Notes: generated by a model from the letters alone, not told the origin. Positions 32,304 through 41,958 are shown, counted from the first letter of the stretch. The stretch: DNA of 64,000 bases from an uncultured Crocinitomix sp. (GCA_937139035.1 CAKZPK010000024.1:3625-67624), one strand, 5' to 3'. A program made the numbers and translations.

Positions 32304-32338
32304 AAATGGCTCTGATGCATTGATTGGAGTCATTTTTT
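32304..32338 (+). terminator. Intrinsic terminator
   Basis: AAATGGCTCTGAT...ATTGGAGTCATTT stem followed by a T-tract. Confidence 0.6.
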
Positions 32339-32446
32339 AAGTCTAGGAGGTTAATCCATTAGTAAGATTACTAGCCCAAGAATAATTCCTTTAACATTGG
32401 ATTTGGATAAAAGTCCTTTTAGTTAGGATAACCTAATATTTCAATG

Positions 32447-33301
32447 TCATGTGTTTTTTGGAAGGTTTTGTTTTTCAATTTCAACTATTTCTTTCCATAA
32501 ACTTAGCGGATTAACACCGCAATACCCACTTTCTTGCGCATCATTACATTCAATAATAATCCATTGGTTTTCTGAGGTAAGAGCAAGGTCTATTACTAAA
32601 AACGGAACGTCAAGATGTTGAATAGCAGTTTTTGCAATCTTAATAGCTTCTTGCTTTTGATCTGCTGTCCAATCATAATCCAAATATTGCGACCAATAAT
32701 GACCCGCGCCAACTAATTCTTGCTTCCACCAAAATGTCCGAAATTCAAAAGAGATCTGAACTTTATCTTTAGCCGAAACCTTCATAGGTTTTAATTCGAT
32801 AAATTCTCGAATTACTATTTTTTGCCAATGAAGTATTGGATCATTTTGGTAAGCTTTGCTTATTCTGTGAAAATCGCTGATCGATTTTGCCACTGATAGT
32901 TCAGGATTGTGTTTTGCAGTTTGCCTATTTCCTTTAATAAAGACCGGGAATTCAAAGTCATCATGAAATTCTGCTATTGATGGAAATTTCTCGTAAACTT
33001 TACTTTTGGGGGTAAATTCTTTCAGGTGCGGATACCAAAATTCTAATTCACTTGCAAATTGATGTTGCTTAGGGCTATTAATTAGTCTAAATCCGTAATT
33101 CAAAAGGTTGTTATAGAAATTCTCATAATCATCAATTGCTCCTATACGCCCCGTAACTATAACATCATTTTCAATTCTTGGTCGACTAGTTCTGAAGATT
33201 GGTTCAAATTGAAAATCATAAGTAGGTACGTTTAGGACTTTATTTGCAATCCAAATTGTGGATTCTAAATTAAAAAAGTCAATGTTCCTAAGTTCATCCA
33301 T
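32447..33301 (-). CDS. ATP-grasp domain protein (DUF4343/R2K-like)
   Basis: FPVFIKG, IVIREFIEL, EFRTFW, VIDLA, IIECNDAQESG. Confidence 0.75.
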   Translation of the reverse strand: MDELRNIDFFNLESTIWIANKVLNVPTYDFQFEPIFRTSRPRIENDVIVTGRIGAIDDYENFYNNLLNYGFRLINSPKQHQFASELEFWYPHLKEFTPKSKVYEKFPSIAEFHDDFEFPVFIKGNRQTAKHNPELSVAKSISDFHRISKAYQNDPILHWQKIVIREFIELKPMKVSAKDKVQISFEFRTFWWKQELVGAGHYWSQYLDYDWTADQKQEAIKIAKTAIQHLDVPFLVIDLALTSENQWIIIECNDAQESGYCGVNPLSLWKEIVEIEKQNLPKNT

Positions 33302-33309
33302 GTATTTGT

Positions 33310-34101
33310 TTATCTATAAAAATAGTTATAAACCTCCTGATAGGTTATTGTCGAATTTTGGTCATAACCTGTAACTGTCATTAGCAATCCTTTTTTATAT
33401 TCAAAAATGGTTTCTCCAATTTTTATATCCTCGTTATTAAAAGCTGTAGTTTTTACTATCTGCCCCTGTTTGTTTCGTGCATAGTGATACGTATTGTCAG
33501 GATATTTTCGCATGACCATGAATCCGTTGACGTATTCTGTGTCGATTGAATTTTGCATTGTGTAGCGGTAAGCTTTTTTTCCTTTATGTTTAAAATAAGC
33601 TGTTGTATCATTATTTGAATTTGTGACGCACCCAACTTTGTTTTTTACCCAATGAATTTTAAAACAATTGTTTAATGAATATGAACTTTTTTTGTTGGGT
33701 TTATTGTATTCACAGTAATTGCTTAGTTTGCCCTTTGAATTATATGAATAATTAGTTTTATCCCAATTCTTTTCATCATTCCAAAAATATTCCGTTTCAA
33801 TTATTCTTGATAGAGAGTCGTATTTGTAATTGATGTACCACCCAAATGTGGTGTCAGCCTCGAAGTATTCCGTTTCAGTGGTAATTCTTCCAAGGGTATC
33901 ATATGTTTCAATAATTTCTAGATGTTCAGAATCCAGTTTTCCTAGTTTATAGCGTTTGTTTATAATGTGGCATTTATAAATCTTATTTGCCTTGAATAAT
34001 TCAGGATTCCAGTGGTAATAATCAAAAAAGTTTCGCTCCTGAGAGAAACTAAAAACGGATAGAAAGAGTGATATTAATAGTATGCAGTATTTTGTCTTCA
34101 T
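33310..34101 (-). CDS. Secreted hypothetical protein with YD-like repeats
   Basis: Signal peptide; YDTLGR/YDSLSR/YNSKGK turns. Confidence 0.6.
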   Translation of the reverse strand: MKTKYCILLISLFLSVFSFSQERNFFDYYHWNPELFKANKIYKCHIINKRYKLGKLDSEHLEIIETYDTLGRITTETEYFEADTTFGWYINYKYDSLSRIIETEYFWNDEKNWDKTNYSYNSKGKLSNYCEYNKPNKKSSYSLNNCFKIHWVKNKVGCVTNSNNDTTAYFKHKGKKAYRYTMQNSIDTEYVNGFMVMRKYPDNTYHYARNKQGQIVKTTAFNNEDIKIGETIFEYKKGLLMTVTGYDQNSTITYQEVYNYFYR

Positions 34102-34112
34102 TTAAATATGAT

Positions 34113-34625
34113 TTATCTCTTCTGGTTTAATATTGCCTTGTTTGAATGATAATTTCCGAGTGTTAGATTTTCAAATCCATCCATATCATGTCGTTCTTCT
34201 AAACCTAGCGCATAAAGAATGATGTTAATTGCACGTTTGTCCATTGGGAAATCTATAAAACTCATTTCTTTATTGTCCCATTGAGTTTTTGTTTTTAATG
34301 GCCCAACAATAACTTCCCCTTTGTGATATGCAATGGCTGATTGTGTTCCCTCTTCTCCTTTATAGTCGGTTTCTATGTATCCAATTGGTTCTGAGTAAGA
34401 GTTTCCTTTTAAAAATGCATGAAGAGAGCTGCTTAATAACCAAAACTCTTTATAGACAGGTTGTTCCCCTTTATTAACCAATTCGTTTACATCACAAATA
34501 AAATCATGTGTCAATGGAATAAGACTAAACTCGGCGTTTAAATCTAATTTATGTTGACGCCAGTTAGATACTATTTCAACTATGGCACCTTTTGGTCCGA
34601 TAATACATTGAATATTATGACTCAT
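34113..34625 (-). CDS. Hypothetical protein
   Basis: 170-aa ORF with YIETDY.GE.GTQSA and AIN..L..LG motifs. Confidence 0.65.
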   Translation of the reverse strand: MSHNIQCIIGPKGAIVEIVSNWRQHKLDLNAEFSLIPLTHDFICDVNELVNKGEQPVYKEFWLLSSSLHAFLKGNSYSEPIGYIETDYKGEEGTQSAIAYHKGEVIVGPLKTKTQWDNKEMSFIDFPMDKRAINIILYALGLEERHDMDGFENLTLGNYHSNKAILNQKR

Positions 34626-34687
34626 TTTTTAAGTTACAAAATCTTAAAGTTAGGTTTTATGAGGTTTGTTACTCTAAGATAAAACAA

Positions 34688-35200
34688 TTATGAGTTTTCG
34701 AATCTTTTCCAGAGTTTAAATAGTTGATGCCTTGCACTTTGATCTAATCTCTTTTCAGTAATAATTTTTTCTGCTATTATGGAAAGTTCATGATCAAACT
34801 CCTCTTGCTTTAACCATGAAATTGCGCGTTTTGCCCAATAGTTAGAATCTCCGATAAGTGCATATTTTATTAAATTTAAAAAAGGGAAAATGTCAATCTT
34901 ATAGCTTCCATTTGTGTTCTTTTTTAATCCATCTAATAATTTTTCTTCAATTTCAGACCTTTCTTTTTGCAAGGCTGTAATGATTTTGAGATATTCCTTT
35001 TGATTATGTGCAACAGCTATAGTTTGCTTATTGAATTGTGTTAAATGATTCATCCATTTACCGTCGGAAGTAAGCCCAAAAATTTGTTGGTAATCGTTGT
35101 TGAAATCTAGACTGAATATTGGAATCCATTTGATTTCTTTTGAATTTGAATCGAGCGAAATGGTCCATTCGATATTTGTATGTTTTTCGATTTTGTTCAA
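34688..35200 (-). CDS. Hypothetical protein
   Basis: 170-aa ORF, TTG start. Confidence 0.55.
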   Translation of the reverse strand: MNKIEKHTNIEWTISLDSNSKEIKWIPIFSLDFNNDYQQIFGLTSDGKWMNHLTQFNKQTIAVAHNQKEYLKIITALQKERSEIEEKLLDGLKKNTNGSYKIDIFPFLNLIKYALIGDSNYWAKRAISWLKQEEFDHELSIIAEKIITEKRLDQSARHQLFKLWKRFENS

Positions 35201-35222
35201 TTGGCTAATTCAGGTATTAAAT

Positions 35223-35630
35223 CTAATCAAAAACAATATATGATTTATACGGCTCACTTTTGCCACAATCGTTAAATGAATAGATTTCAATAGGAATAGT
35301 GTCCAAATAAATGGTTGTGTCTTTAAGGCGGTACAGATATTCCTCATTTTTTACAATATCTTCAGGATAGTTTCCCTTAGGGTTTACGAAATAGGGTGGA
35401 GTAGAAAAACTATAAAGAATTTCATTATTTGTAGTTCCTTCTTCTTGCTCTTTTCCAATATAAATGTTGATTTCATCTGAAGGAGAATGTACCACAATAC
35501 TGCCGAAAGATCCAAATTCAAAAGCATCAATAATTTTAGGTGGAGGCTCACAATAGCTATCTGCTTTTCCGCAACCAACGCAGATAATTGCTACTAATAT
35601 TACCCATGAAAAATTTCTTATGATTTTCAT
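35223..35630 (-). CDS. Putative lipoprotein
   Basis: MKIIRN start with lipobox CVGC. Confidence 0.6.
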   Translation of the reverse strand: MKIIRNFSWVILVAIICVGCGKADSYCEPPPKIIDAFEFGSFGSIVVHSPSDEINIYIGKEQEEGTTNNEILYSFSTPPYFVNPKGNYPEDIVKNEEYLYRLKDTTIYLDTIPIEIYSFNDCGKSEPYKSYIVFD

Positions 35631-35738
35631 ATTTTCAATTTTATAGCAAATAACCAAAAATATATTCCCTATTGATATAGGTCATATAACCTATATACTT
35701 CCGGCAAGGCCTTGAGTACATTTGAAAAAAACAAACAA

Positions 35739-37169
35739 ATGAGAATTCTGACATTCATATTTCTTTACACAATTGGGTTGAACGTTATTGCGCAAGAAAA
35801 TATTTTTATGCAAAATGGATATATTGGTTATACGTATAAGACGCCAAATTTCAGGAAAGATATGGAAGCCTTGGATGCATGGAAAGGTTTTGAATTTACT
35901 TTTAAAGACTTTGCATTTTCTTTGCACACTGGCTCTTTAAGAAATGCAACGGTAGACAGTACTTATGGAAGTCCATCAGGCAAAATTTTTAATGTTGGTT
36001 ATCGCGTAGGTTATGAACTTAATGCTGGAGGAAGCTCATTTTTTTCAGCAGGAATTAAACCGTTTATTCAATTAGGAGGATCATTGGCAACAGTGCCTAA
36101 TAAGATGACTTCAAGTTCGCCTGCCTCAATTGGTTTAGTTTTTTCTCCAGGACTTCAATTAAGGTTTTCGCATGTTTATTTAGTGGCAAAATATGATGCA
36201 GGGTTGTATTTAGGAACAACACCTTGGGCGGGTAATAATCAGCACAATGCAGTTAAAGGATATTTGGGTGGATTAAGTTTTACTGTGGGAATAGAAAACG
36301 CATTTGATTTACTTGCTCCAACTTTGTTTACATTTTCAGGTTTAAGAAAGACCAAAGAAACCTACCGTAATGTTAAAGAAGGATTAGAAACTATAAACGG
36401 GGAGCTTTATCGGGTACGAACAACTACAGAAACCACAGTAACCAGTTACACTCCTGGCGAAATGGTACTTGGTGGAATGGCGCCATTTTGGGGAGTTGGG
36501 CCAACTTATTCATTTCATGCCTTGCAAAAGCGACAAGCCCCAACTGAAATGAAAGGGGTGAACTTAGGTATTCGTTTCAATTATTTTATGATTGATGGCT
36601 TTTATGAGCAAGGTAAAATTGGTTTGAAGGATCAGATTGGAAGAGAGAATATTTTATTGACTTTTCCGCATTTAAGAAACTATGATTTTTCTGCACAAAG
36701 AGATGCAATTCATTATGGCGGAAGAATAGGTTTTAACCTTTCAAAAATGATTAAACTTGAAAGCTTTGACATGTCAGATAGTGATGGGAAATTGAGTGCA
36801 TGGTTGGTGCCTTTTACACGGTTTTCAGTTTTTTATACAATGGGTGTTACAAAGTTTGGTGACGGTTTAGATTATACTTTTGATAATGCTGAAAATATGC
36901 TAACGGCCTATCAAAATTTCAACGAAATTGTTCCTGATGCAAGTAATAATGCCAGTTATCTTCCAGCCGAATCAATTTATCAAGGTGCAGGAATTAGTTT
37001 TGAGTTAGGTGCAGCGTTTCTTAATTATACATGGTATCGTTATAAAGATGCAGCAATTGCTAATCATACGCAGTTAACAGTTGGTGCTAATATTCCAATT
37101 GGCAGAATTGTAAATAGAATGCGAACAAACCTCATCTATCAAAGAACTCGGCGCCATGCAAGTAAGTAG
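35739..37169 (+). CDS. Secreted/outer-membrane hypothetical protein
   Basis: Signal peptide MRILTF...AQ; alternating beta-strand pattern. Confidence 0.65.
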   Translation: MRILTFIFLYTIGLNVIAQENIFMQNGYIGYTYKTPNFRKDMEALDAWKGFEFTFKDFAFSLHTGSLRNATVDSTYGSPSGKIFNVGYRVGYELNAGGSSFFSAGIKPFIQLGGSLATVPNKMTSSSPASIGLVFSPGLQLRFSHVYLVAKYDAGLYLGTTPWAGNNQHNAVKGYLGGLSFTVGIENAFDLLAPTLFTFSGLRKTKETYRNVKEGLETINGELYRVRTTTETTVTSYTPGEMVLGGMAPFWGVGPTYSFHALQKRQAPTEMKGVNLGIRFNYFMIDGFYEQGKIGLKDQIGRENILLTFPHLRNYDFSAQRDAIHYGGRIGFNLSKMIKLESFDMSDSDGKLSAWLVPFTRFSVFYTMGVTKFGDGLDYTFDNAENMLTAYQNFNEIVPDASNNASYLPAESIYQGAGISFELGAAFLNYTWYRYKDAAIANHTQLTVGANIPIGRIVNRMRTNLIYQRTRRHASK

Positions 37170-37198
37170 CCTTAATTATTCTTGTTGTAAGGGTGAGG

Positions 37199-37852
37199 TT
37201 ATATGGCAACCTTGGTTGAGTTCAAACGCCTCTTTCTTCTCCAATATATAATATAAATTGTTCCAATAATTGTTGGTAGTAACCAACCAATAATGTTTCC
37301 AATTCCTAATCCTGCAACTATAAAAGCAGTAACAGAGGCTATTAATGCACCAACCATTTTACCAATGTGCACCATTAATAAGCGATTACCAGCATTTTTT
37401 ATGTTTTTATAAAGGCGAAAGTCATTAATCGCAAGAAAAAATCCAATGCCTCCAAAAAACAGATACAATATACCAATTGATAGGTTGTTTAAAGTGCCAT
37501 AAATTCCAATTGAAATCATTATTACGGAGAATAAAAACATGCTTCCTGAGATTACTTTGTCAATCCATTTGACTTGCCGTGCGGATATAAAACTCAAAGC
37601 TCTATTTCCTGTCAAGACAAGATATATTGTAAAGATTCCAATCAAAAATAAAAATAGATTCTCGTGGTTTGGCATCCAGGATACTGGAATTGAGACAAGT
37701 GAACTTGTAATCATTCCAATTGAGAATAGTTTTCCCAACCTTTTGTGTGCTAAACTTCCTTTTTTGACAATTACACTTCCAATTCCCGTAATTAATCCTA
37801 TGCCACCAAAAAATGCATGAATATAAATCAAGATTTTAATCGTTTCTTCCAT
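37199..37852 (-). CDS. DUF2306-like membrane protein
   Basis: Multi-TM; IHAFFG, KKGSLAHKRLGK, HIGKMVGA. Confidence 0.75.
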   Translation of the reverse strand: MEETIKILIYIHAFFGGIGLITGIGSVIVKKGSLAHKRLGKLFSIGMITSSLVSIPVSWMPNHENLFLFLIGIFTIYLVLTGNRALSFISARQVKWIDKVISGSMFLFSVIMISIGIYGTLNNLSIGILYLFFGGIGFFLAINDFRLYKNIKNAGNRLLMVHIGKMVGALIASVTAFIVAGLGIGNIIGWLLPTIIGTIYIIYWRRKRRLNSTKVAI

Positions 37853-37955
37853 TTCTTTTAAATTGAGTTGACGATTCAAAAATCAGTTTATAATTCTGTT
37901 TTCAAAAGTTTAAATTACTGAATTGTTGATTTTTAAGGATGAGTTGAGGAATGAT

Positions 37956-39143
37956 TTAATTGTCCTCTGCAATAAGCTGTATTAGTTCTTCAATTTTTAG
38001 TTTCACTGATTCATTGTTTGGGTCAATAGCCAATACTTTTTGATACATCTCTAAACTAGCATGCAAATTATTGGTTTGAAAATATGCATCTGAAAATTCA
38101 GTTAGCATAATTACGTCTGTATCATACAAGGCCGAGCATAATTGATAAGCTTTAATTGCTTCTGCCCAATTTCCTTGAAAGTGATTTGCATAACCTATCC
38201 AACGGAATGCCTCAACAGGCGGGTTAAAATCATAATTAACCTTGTTTGAGAACGATTGAAAATGCTTTTGAGCATCTTCAACGGTAATTGTATCTGTGGG
38301 TGAAATATACCCAATAGAAAATCCTTTATACAGGTTTGAAAGTCCATCAATTAAACTGGGTAATCGTACGGTGCCATGACTTTCATAATCGTAAACTTTT
38401 AGTTCTGAATTTATGTCGTTTTGTAGAAGAATTTCATGGAATTTTTTATGCATATCCACGTTATATTGTTCTCTATCTTTTCCGCCATTTGCAGAGGATA
38501 TAAATACATTTGGTTTTACATTTTTTGAAACCGTTTCGGTAAGATGCTTGATAGGATCTGCTTTGTTATACCATATACTTGGGTCGTATAATTGAAATGC
38601 ATTAAAAGGATTTTCTATTGTTAGAATATAGGCACCAAAATAACCGCTTAAAGAGTGTCCAATAAGCACATCAAATCCATTTGTAATATGCAATGAATCA
38701 ACAAAAGGAACGACCTCCTTAGAAAGATACTCTAGAAATTTTAATCCTCCTTGCGTTTTTTCTTTATTGAAATAGTATGCAGCTGTGGAATCAGGTTCTC
38801 CGCTGGAATTGTACTCGGTGCTTGTAAAGGTTAAATCTTTAAATCTATGATCAAAATCTACATGAGGTATTCCAATGACGATATGTTTTGGAATTTTGTC
38901 GTTTACGGCAAGTTCCTCCATTATTGCGAATGTAATATCAAATTGCCATTCGGCATCCAAAACATACATTGTTGGGTAGCTTTTGGTTGAATCATAATTA
39001 GCTGGAAGGTTCACCCAAATCTCCCTGGTTTCATTCAAAGCTTTTGAGTTGATTTTATACTTATTGTTAACTGATCTTGGATTTTGAGCAAAAGCTAAAT
39101 GAGTAATTTGAAATAATAAAATTAAAAAAAAGGTATTCTTCAT
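37956..39143 (-). CDS. Secreted alpha/beta hydrolase (esterase) with C-terminal TPR
   Basis: YPTMYVLDA, GHSLSG, ESHG; TPR-like end. Confidence 0.85.
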   Translation of the reverse strand: MKNTFFLILLFQITHLAFAQNPRSVNNKYKINSKALNETREIWVNLPANYDSTKSYPTMYVLDAEWQFDITFAIMEELAVNDKIPKHIVIGIPHVDFDHRFKDLTFTSTEYNSSGEPDSTAAYYFNKEKTQGGLKFLEYLSKEVVPFVDSLHITNGFDVLIGHSLSGYFGAYILTIENPFNAFQLYDPSIWYNKADPIKHLTETVSKNVKPNVFISSANGGKDREQYNVDMHKKFHEILLQNDINSELKVYDYESHGTVRLPSLIDGLSNLYKGFSIGYISPTDTITVEDAQKHFQSFSNKVNYDFNPPVEAFRWIGYANHFQGNWAEAIKAYQLCSALYDTDVIMLTEFSDAYFQTNNLHASLEMYQKVLAIDPNNESVKLKIEELIQLIAEDN

Positions 39144-39292
39144 AATTACTTATATCTGATAATAAACGGCTGCATTGCTTGTTGGGTGACACATTCTTTG
39201 CAAAGTGCTTGAATCTTTTTCCTGCTTATTCAAAAATAGGATTTTCCATTTCTTAACCAAAGTCAATGAAAGCGAAATATTTATAAACGGCG

Positions 39293-39329
39293 AAACCGAA
39301 TGTGCACACTTCAAAAACCGAATGTGCAC
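39293..39329. repeat. Tandem direct repeats, candidate transposase-binding sites at the prophage end
   Basis: AAACCGAATGTGCAC at 39293-39307 and 39315-39329 (22-bp period). Confidence 0.75.
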
Positions 39330-39496
39330 TAAATTATCTGTCTAAAAAATAAGCCAATCATTCTTATAGACTCCAATGGAAACGACCAACCAAATGCGGT
39401 AGAGGGTTTAAATCCTTTTGGCCGAAAATAAAAACGGCCCACAACTTCCAAACAAACACATGTAATAAGTGCGAATAATAATGCCTCTGTATTCAT
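39329..39496 (-). CDS. Small membrane protein (55 aa), moron-like
   Basis: Hydrophobic N-terminus; own consensus -7 box TATATTTG (minus, 39527-39534). Confidence 0.5.
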   Translation of the reverse strand: MNTEALLFALITCVCLEVVGRFYFRPKGFKPSTAFGWSFPLESIRMIGLFFRQII

Positions 39497-39575
39497 ATAA
39501 TTTCGATTACTGATTGAATTGATATTCAAATATAGTTATAATACCATTTAAATGATATTTCACTACCTTTACAGC

Positions 39576-39686
39576 GTCACACTTAACGAAAGCATCTCAT
39601 AAGAAATTGCCCCTGAGCTATTGCTTAAGGCAATATTTGGTGAGATGCTTTTCATCATTAAGTGTGACAACTGCTCAGGGGCTACT
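39576..39686 (+). ncRNA. Candidate structured ncRNA with pseudoknot (strand tentative)
   Basis: Two perfect 11-bp stems, a 6-bp hairpin and a 10-bp loop-to-tail pairing; near-consensus -7 box TACCTTTA at 39564-39571. Confidence 0.6.
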
Positions 39687-39687
39687 T

Positions 39688-40509
39688 TTAAATCGGATAG
39701 TTAGCCGTTAATACTTCAATTTTTGTTTTCCTGGTCTTTAGCTTATTACCATTGGAGGCTGACAAGGTTCTTTTCACCTCTTTAGTGTGCCATCCATACT
39801 TTTTAACATACTCGGCGAGCACATCTGAAGGATAAGTACTTAAAAGGAATTTCCCTTTGACTGATGCCAATGTGTCCAGGTCACGACGAAAATGTTCTTC
39901 ATTGTACCCTCCATAATGACCCTGATTGGTATTTATGTACGGCGGATCAACGTAATGAAACGTTTTGTCCGTGTCACGGCTTAGGATAACCTTGTGAGCT
40001 TCGTTTTGCTCAATTTGGGTGTATCTTAACCGATCAGCGAGATGTTCCTGGAAAGCGTCTATTTTATTCTGTACGGTAAAGGCTCGCTTTCCTTTGTCAT
40101 ATCCCCATGTACCGATCTTAGTTGCAAACCCTTGATTTGTGCAAACGTAGAATGCCCATGCTCTAACAACAGGGTCATCTGCAAACAACCAAGGCGCTTC
40201 ATAAATGATAAGCGCTTTTTTGTAGGTTTCTCTGCTATGAAGTGTTGCTTCAATTTTCTTCCGGAGATCAAAGTAGCTGTGTTTAAGAACCTCGTAAAAA
40301 TTAACAATGTTCATATTTACATCATTAATCACTTCACATTTTTTAGGCTCTTTGGCCCAAAATACGGCCCCACCTCCAAAAAATGGCTCAACGTAGATTT
40401 CATGTTCAGGAATTAAAGGAAGGATTTCCTTTAGCATCATTTGTTTGCCTCCATAATAGGAGACAGGGGTTTTGATCCCCTTTTTCTGAGTTTTCGTGGT
40501 CACACTCAT
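39688..40509 (-). CDS. Dam-like (D12 class) N6-adenine DNA methyltransferase
   Basis: YYGGK, YVEPFFGGGAVF, INDVN, YVDPPY. Confidence 0.92.
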   Translation of the reverse strand: MSVTTKTQKKGIKTPVSYYGGKQMMLKEILPLIPEHEIYVEPFFGGGAVFWAKEPKKCEVINDVNMNIVNFYEVLKHSYFDLRKKIEATLHSRETYKKALIIYEAPWLFADDPVVRAWAFYVCTNQGFATKIGTWGYDKGKRAFTVQNKIDAFQEHLADRLRYTQIEQNEAHKVILSRDTDKTFHYVDPPYINTNQGHYGGYNEEHFRRDLDTLASVKGKFLLSTYPSDVLAEYVKKYGWHTKEVKRTLSASNGNKLKTRKTKIEVLTANYPI

Positions 40510-40527
40510 TTTATATTTGTTTTATGG

Positions 40528-41172
40528 TTAACTATGTTCAGCAACAAACGCCTCATACGCATTTAAGCGGTTTAAGATGTTTGTTTTGGCTGTCACGCCG
40601 GGAAGTATATCAGGAAGTGGAACTTCATCCAAGACGGCTAATCGGTCAGGATCAGTTTCTGCAATAAGAGCATCCTTGAAGTTTGAGAATCCATAAGTGA
40701 TGAAAAGGTCTAATTCTGATTTATACCAATTAACGATTTCACTTACATTGGCCTCAAATGGGGTGTTTCTTACCGTTCCCATTAATACCAATATTTGAGC
40801 CTTACGCGCATTCTGTGTTAAGGTCTCTAAACTAACAATTGAATGATATTCACTCGATTCTATCGTGTAGCAAACGACAGGTTCATCAAGTATGATTCGT
40901 TCATCTTCAGCATTGATACCAAAAACGGTGTAATAGTCTGTTGTAAATTCTACGCCTTTAAAGTCTTCTGATTCAGTAAATCTGTAGTTCAACGAGGATT
41001 TAGCAATCAGTCTTTTCGCCATTGGCCATCCATCAATGTCTTTTGTTAAATAGAATTCGGATTCGATTTGAAAACCAGATAAATCAAAAATTGGTTTTTC
41101 TATTATACTAGGATGGATCAAATTGTCCTGGCCAGTTTCTTGAAATAGAATACTATCTTGTAAAGTTGTCAT
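40528..41172 (-). CDS. Phage hypothetical protein (tail fibre module)
   Basis: ORF translationally coupled within the late operon. Confidence 0.55.
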   Translation of the reverse strand: MTTLQDSILFQETGQDNLIHPSIIEKPIFDLSGFQIESEFYLTKDIDGWPMAKRLIAKSSLNYRFTESEDFKGVEFTTDYYTVFGINAEDERIILDEPVVCYTIESSEYHSIVSLETLTQNARKAQILVLMGTVRNTPFEANVSEIVNWYKSELDLFITYGFSNFKDALIAETDPDRLAVLDEVPLPDILPGVTAKTNILNRLNAYEAFVAEHS

Positions 41173-41957
41173 ATTAATCTTGTGTTTATGGTGAATGATC
41201 CTTTGTTTCTCATAGTTGTTGCAGCTGTTATTTCGGAGGATACTGCGTAAATAAGACTGTCTCCAGCTTCCAATGCGACAGGAGTCTCAAGAATGTAAGC
41301 TATTTCATCACTTTTACCATTCTGCATTGAGGCACTAGCCACAACAGTATCAATAGTATCCATTGTGCCGGTAGCTTCATTTAGTCGCATAACCAGAACA
41401 ATAAAACCGATCTCCTGAGTTGGCATTTCATTTTTCATGAAACCATGAATTGAAACGATTTCTGAACTAACTGGGATGATGTGACCAAATTTGCGATTAC
41501 GTGAAAAAACAGGACTAAGAAAATCAGCATCTCCATCAAATGGATAAGTACGTGCAATGAAAATTTCGCTGTGCGCTGACTCTTCAATATTATAACCATC
41601 CCCAATTCCTCTCCACATATCTCCGTTAAATACCCATTCACCGCCTATTGAATAAGCAATGAAAGCCTCGCTGCCTCCCGAGGCCGAGCTAAAACCCGGT
41701 TCAAAGAAATTCTCGTTAAGTTCGGTTAATAACTCATCAACATTGTTCGCTGTGATCACAGGACTACAGTTTTCCTTTTCAATACTTCCAAAACTCAAAA
41801 CGAAACCTCCCTCTCTTGGAGTTGATTTTTGAGAAATGACTACGAGTGATTCATCTCTTTTGAAAAGATTCATTCCGCATCCAAATGATGCCAAAACGTT
41901 ATTCAATTCGTCTTTTATGACAACCTTTTTATTGTCTTGTTTTATTATTCTAACCAT
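41169..41957 (-). CDS. Putative receptor-binding / tail fibre-associated protein
   Basis: Position in the operon; beta-rich C-terminal domain after a Ser/Gly linker. Confidence 0.5.
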   Translation of the reverse strand: MVRIIKQDNKKVVIKDELNNVLASFGCGMNLFKRDESLVVISQKSTPREGGFVLSFGSIEKENCSPVITANNVDELLTELNENFFEPGFSSASGGSEAFIAYSIGGEWVFNGDMWRGIGDGYNIEESAHSEIFIARTYPFDGDADFLSPVFSRNRKFGHIIPVSSEIVSIHGFMKNEMPTQEIGFIVLVMRLNEATGTMDTIDTVVASASMQNGKSDEIAYILETPVALEAGDSLIYAVSSEITAATTMRNKGSFTINTRLI

Positions 41958-41958
41958 G

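Noticed and set aside
6889..33301. Functional link between rtcB and the ATP-grasp gene as one RNA-repair system
   Set aside because: About 24 kb apart with unrelated genes between, and no shared operator seen
39150..39281. Short open minus-strand frame as the 3' remnant of a gene disrupted by the prophage
   Set aside because: No recognisable protein features; the region contains a TATTTTTG promoter box for the esterase, so it is likely intergenic
39162..39291. ATAAACGGC occurring twice near the prophage junction, as an att site or target duplication
   Set aside because: Both copies are on the same side of the element, about 120 bp apart; probably chance
39293..39329. Direct repeats as a mini CRISPR array
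   Set aside because: Only two 15-bp copies 7 bp apart and no cas genes; fits transposase sites better
39576..39686. Hammerhead ribozyme or tRNA interpretation of the structured element
   Set aside because: The minus strand has AUGAUGA but not CUGANGA with a matching GAAA; no cloverleaf or T-loop
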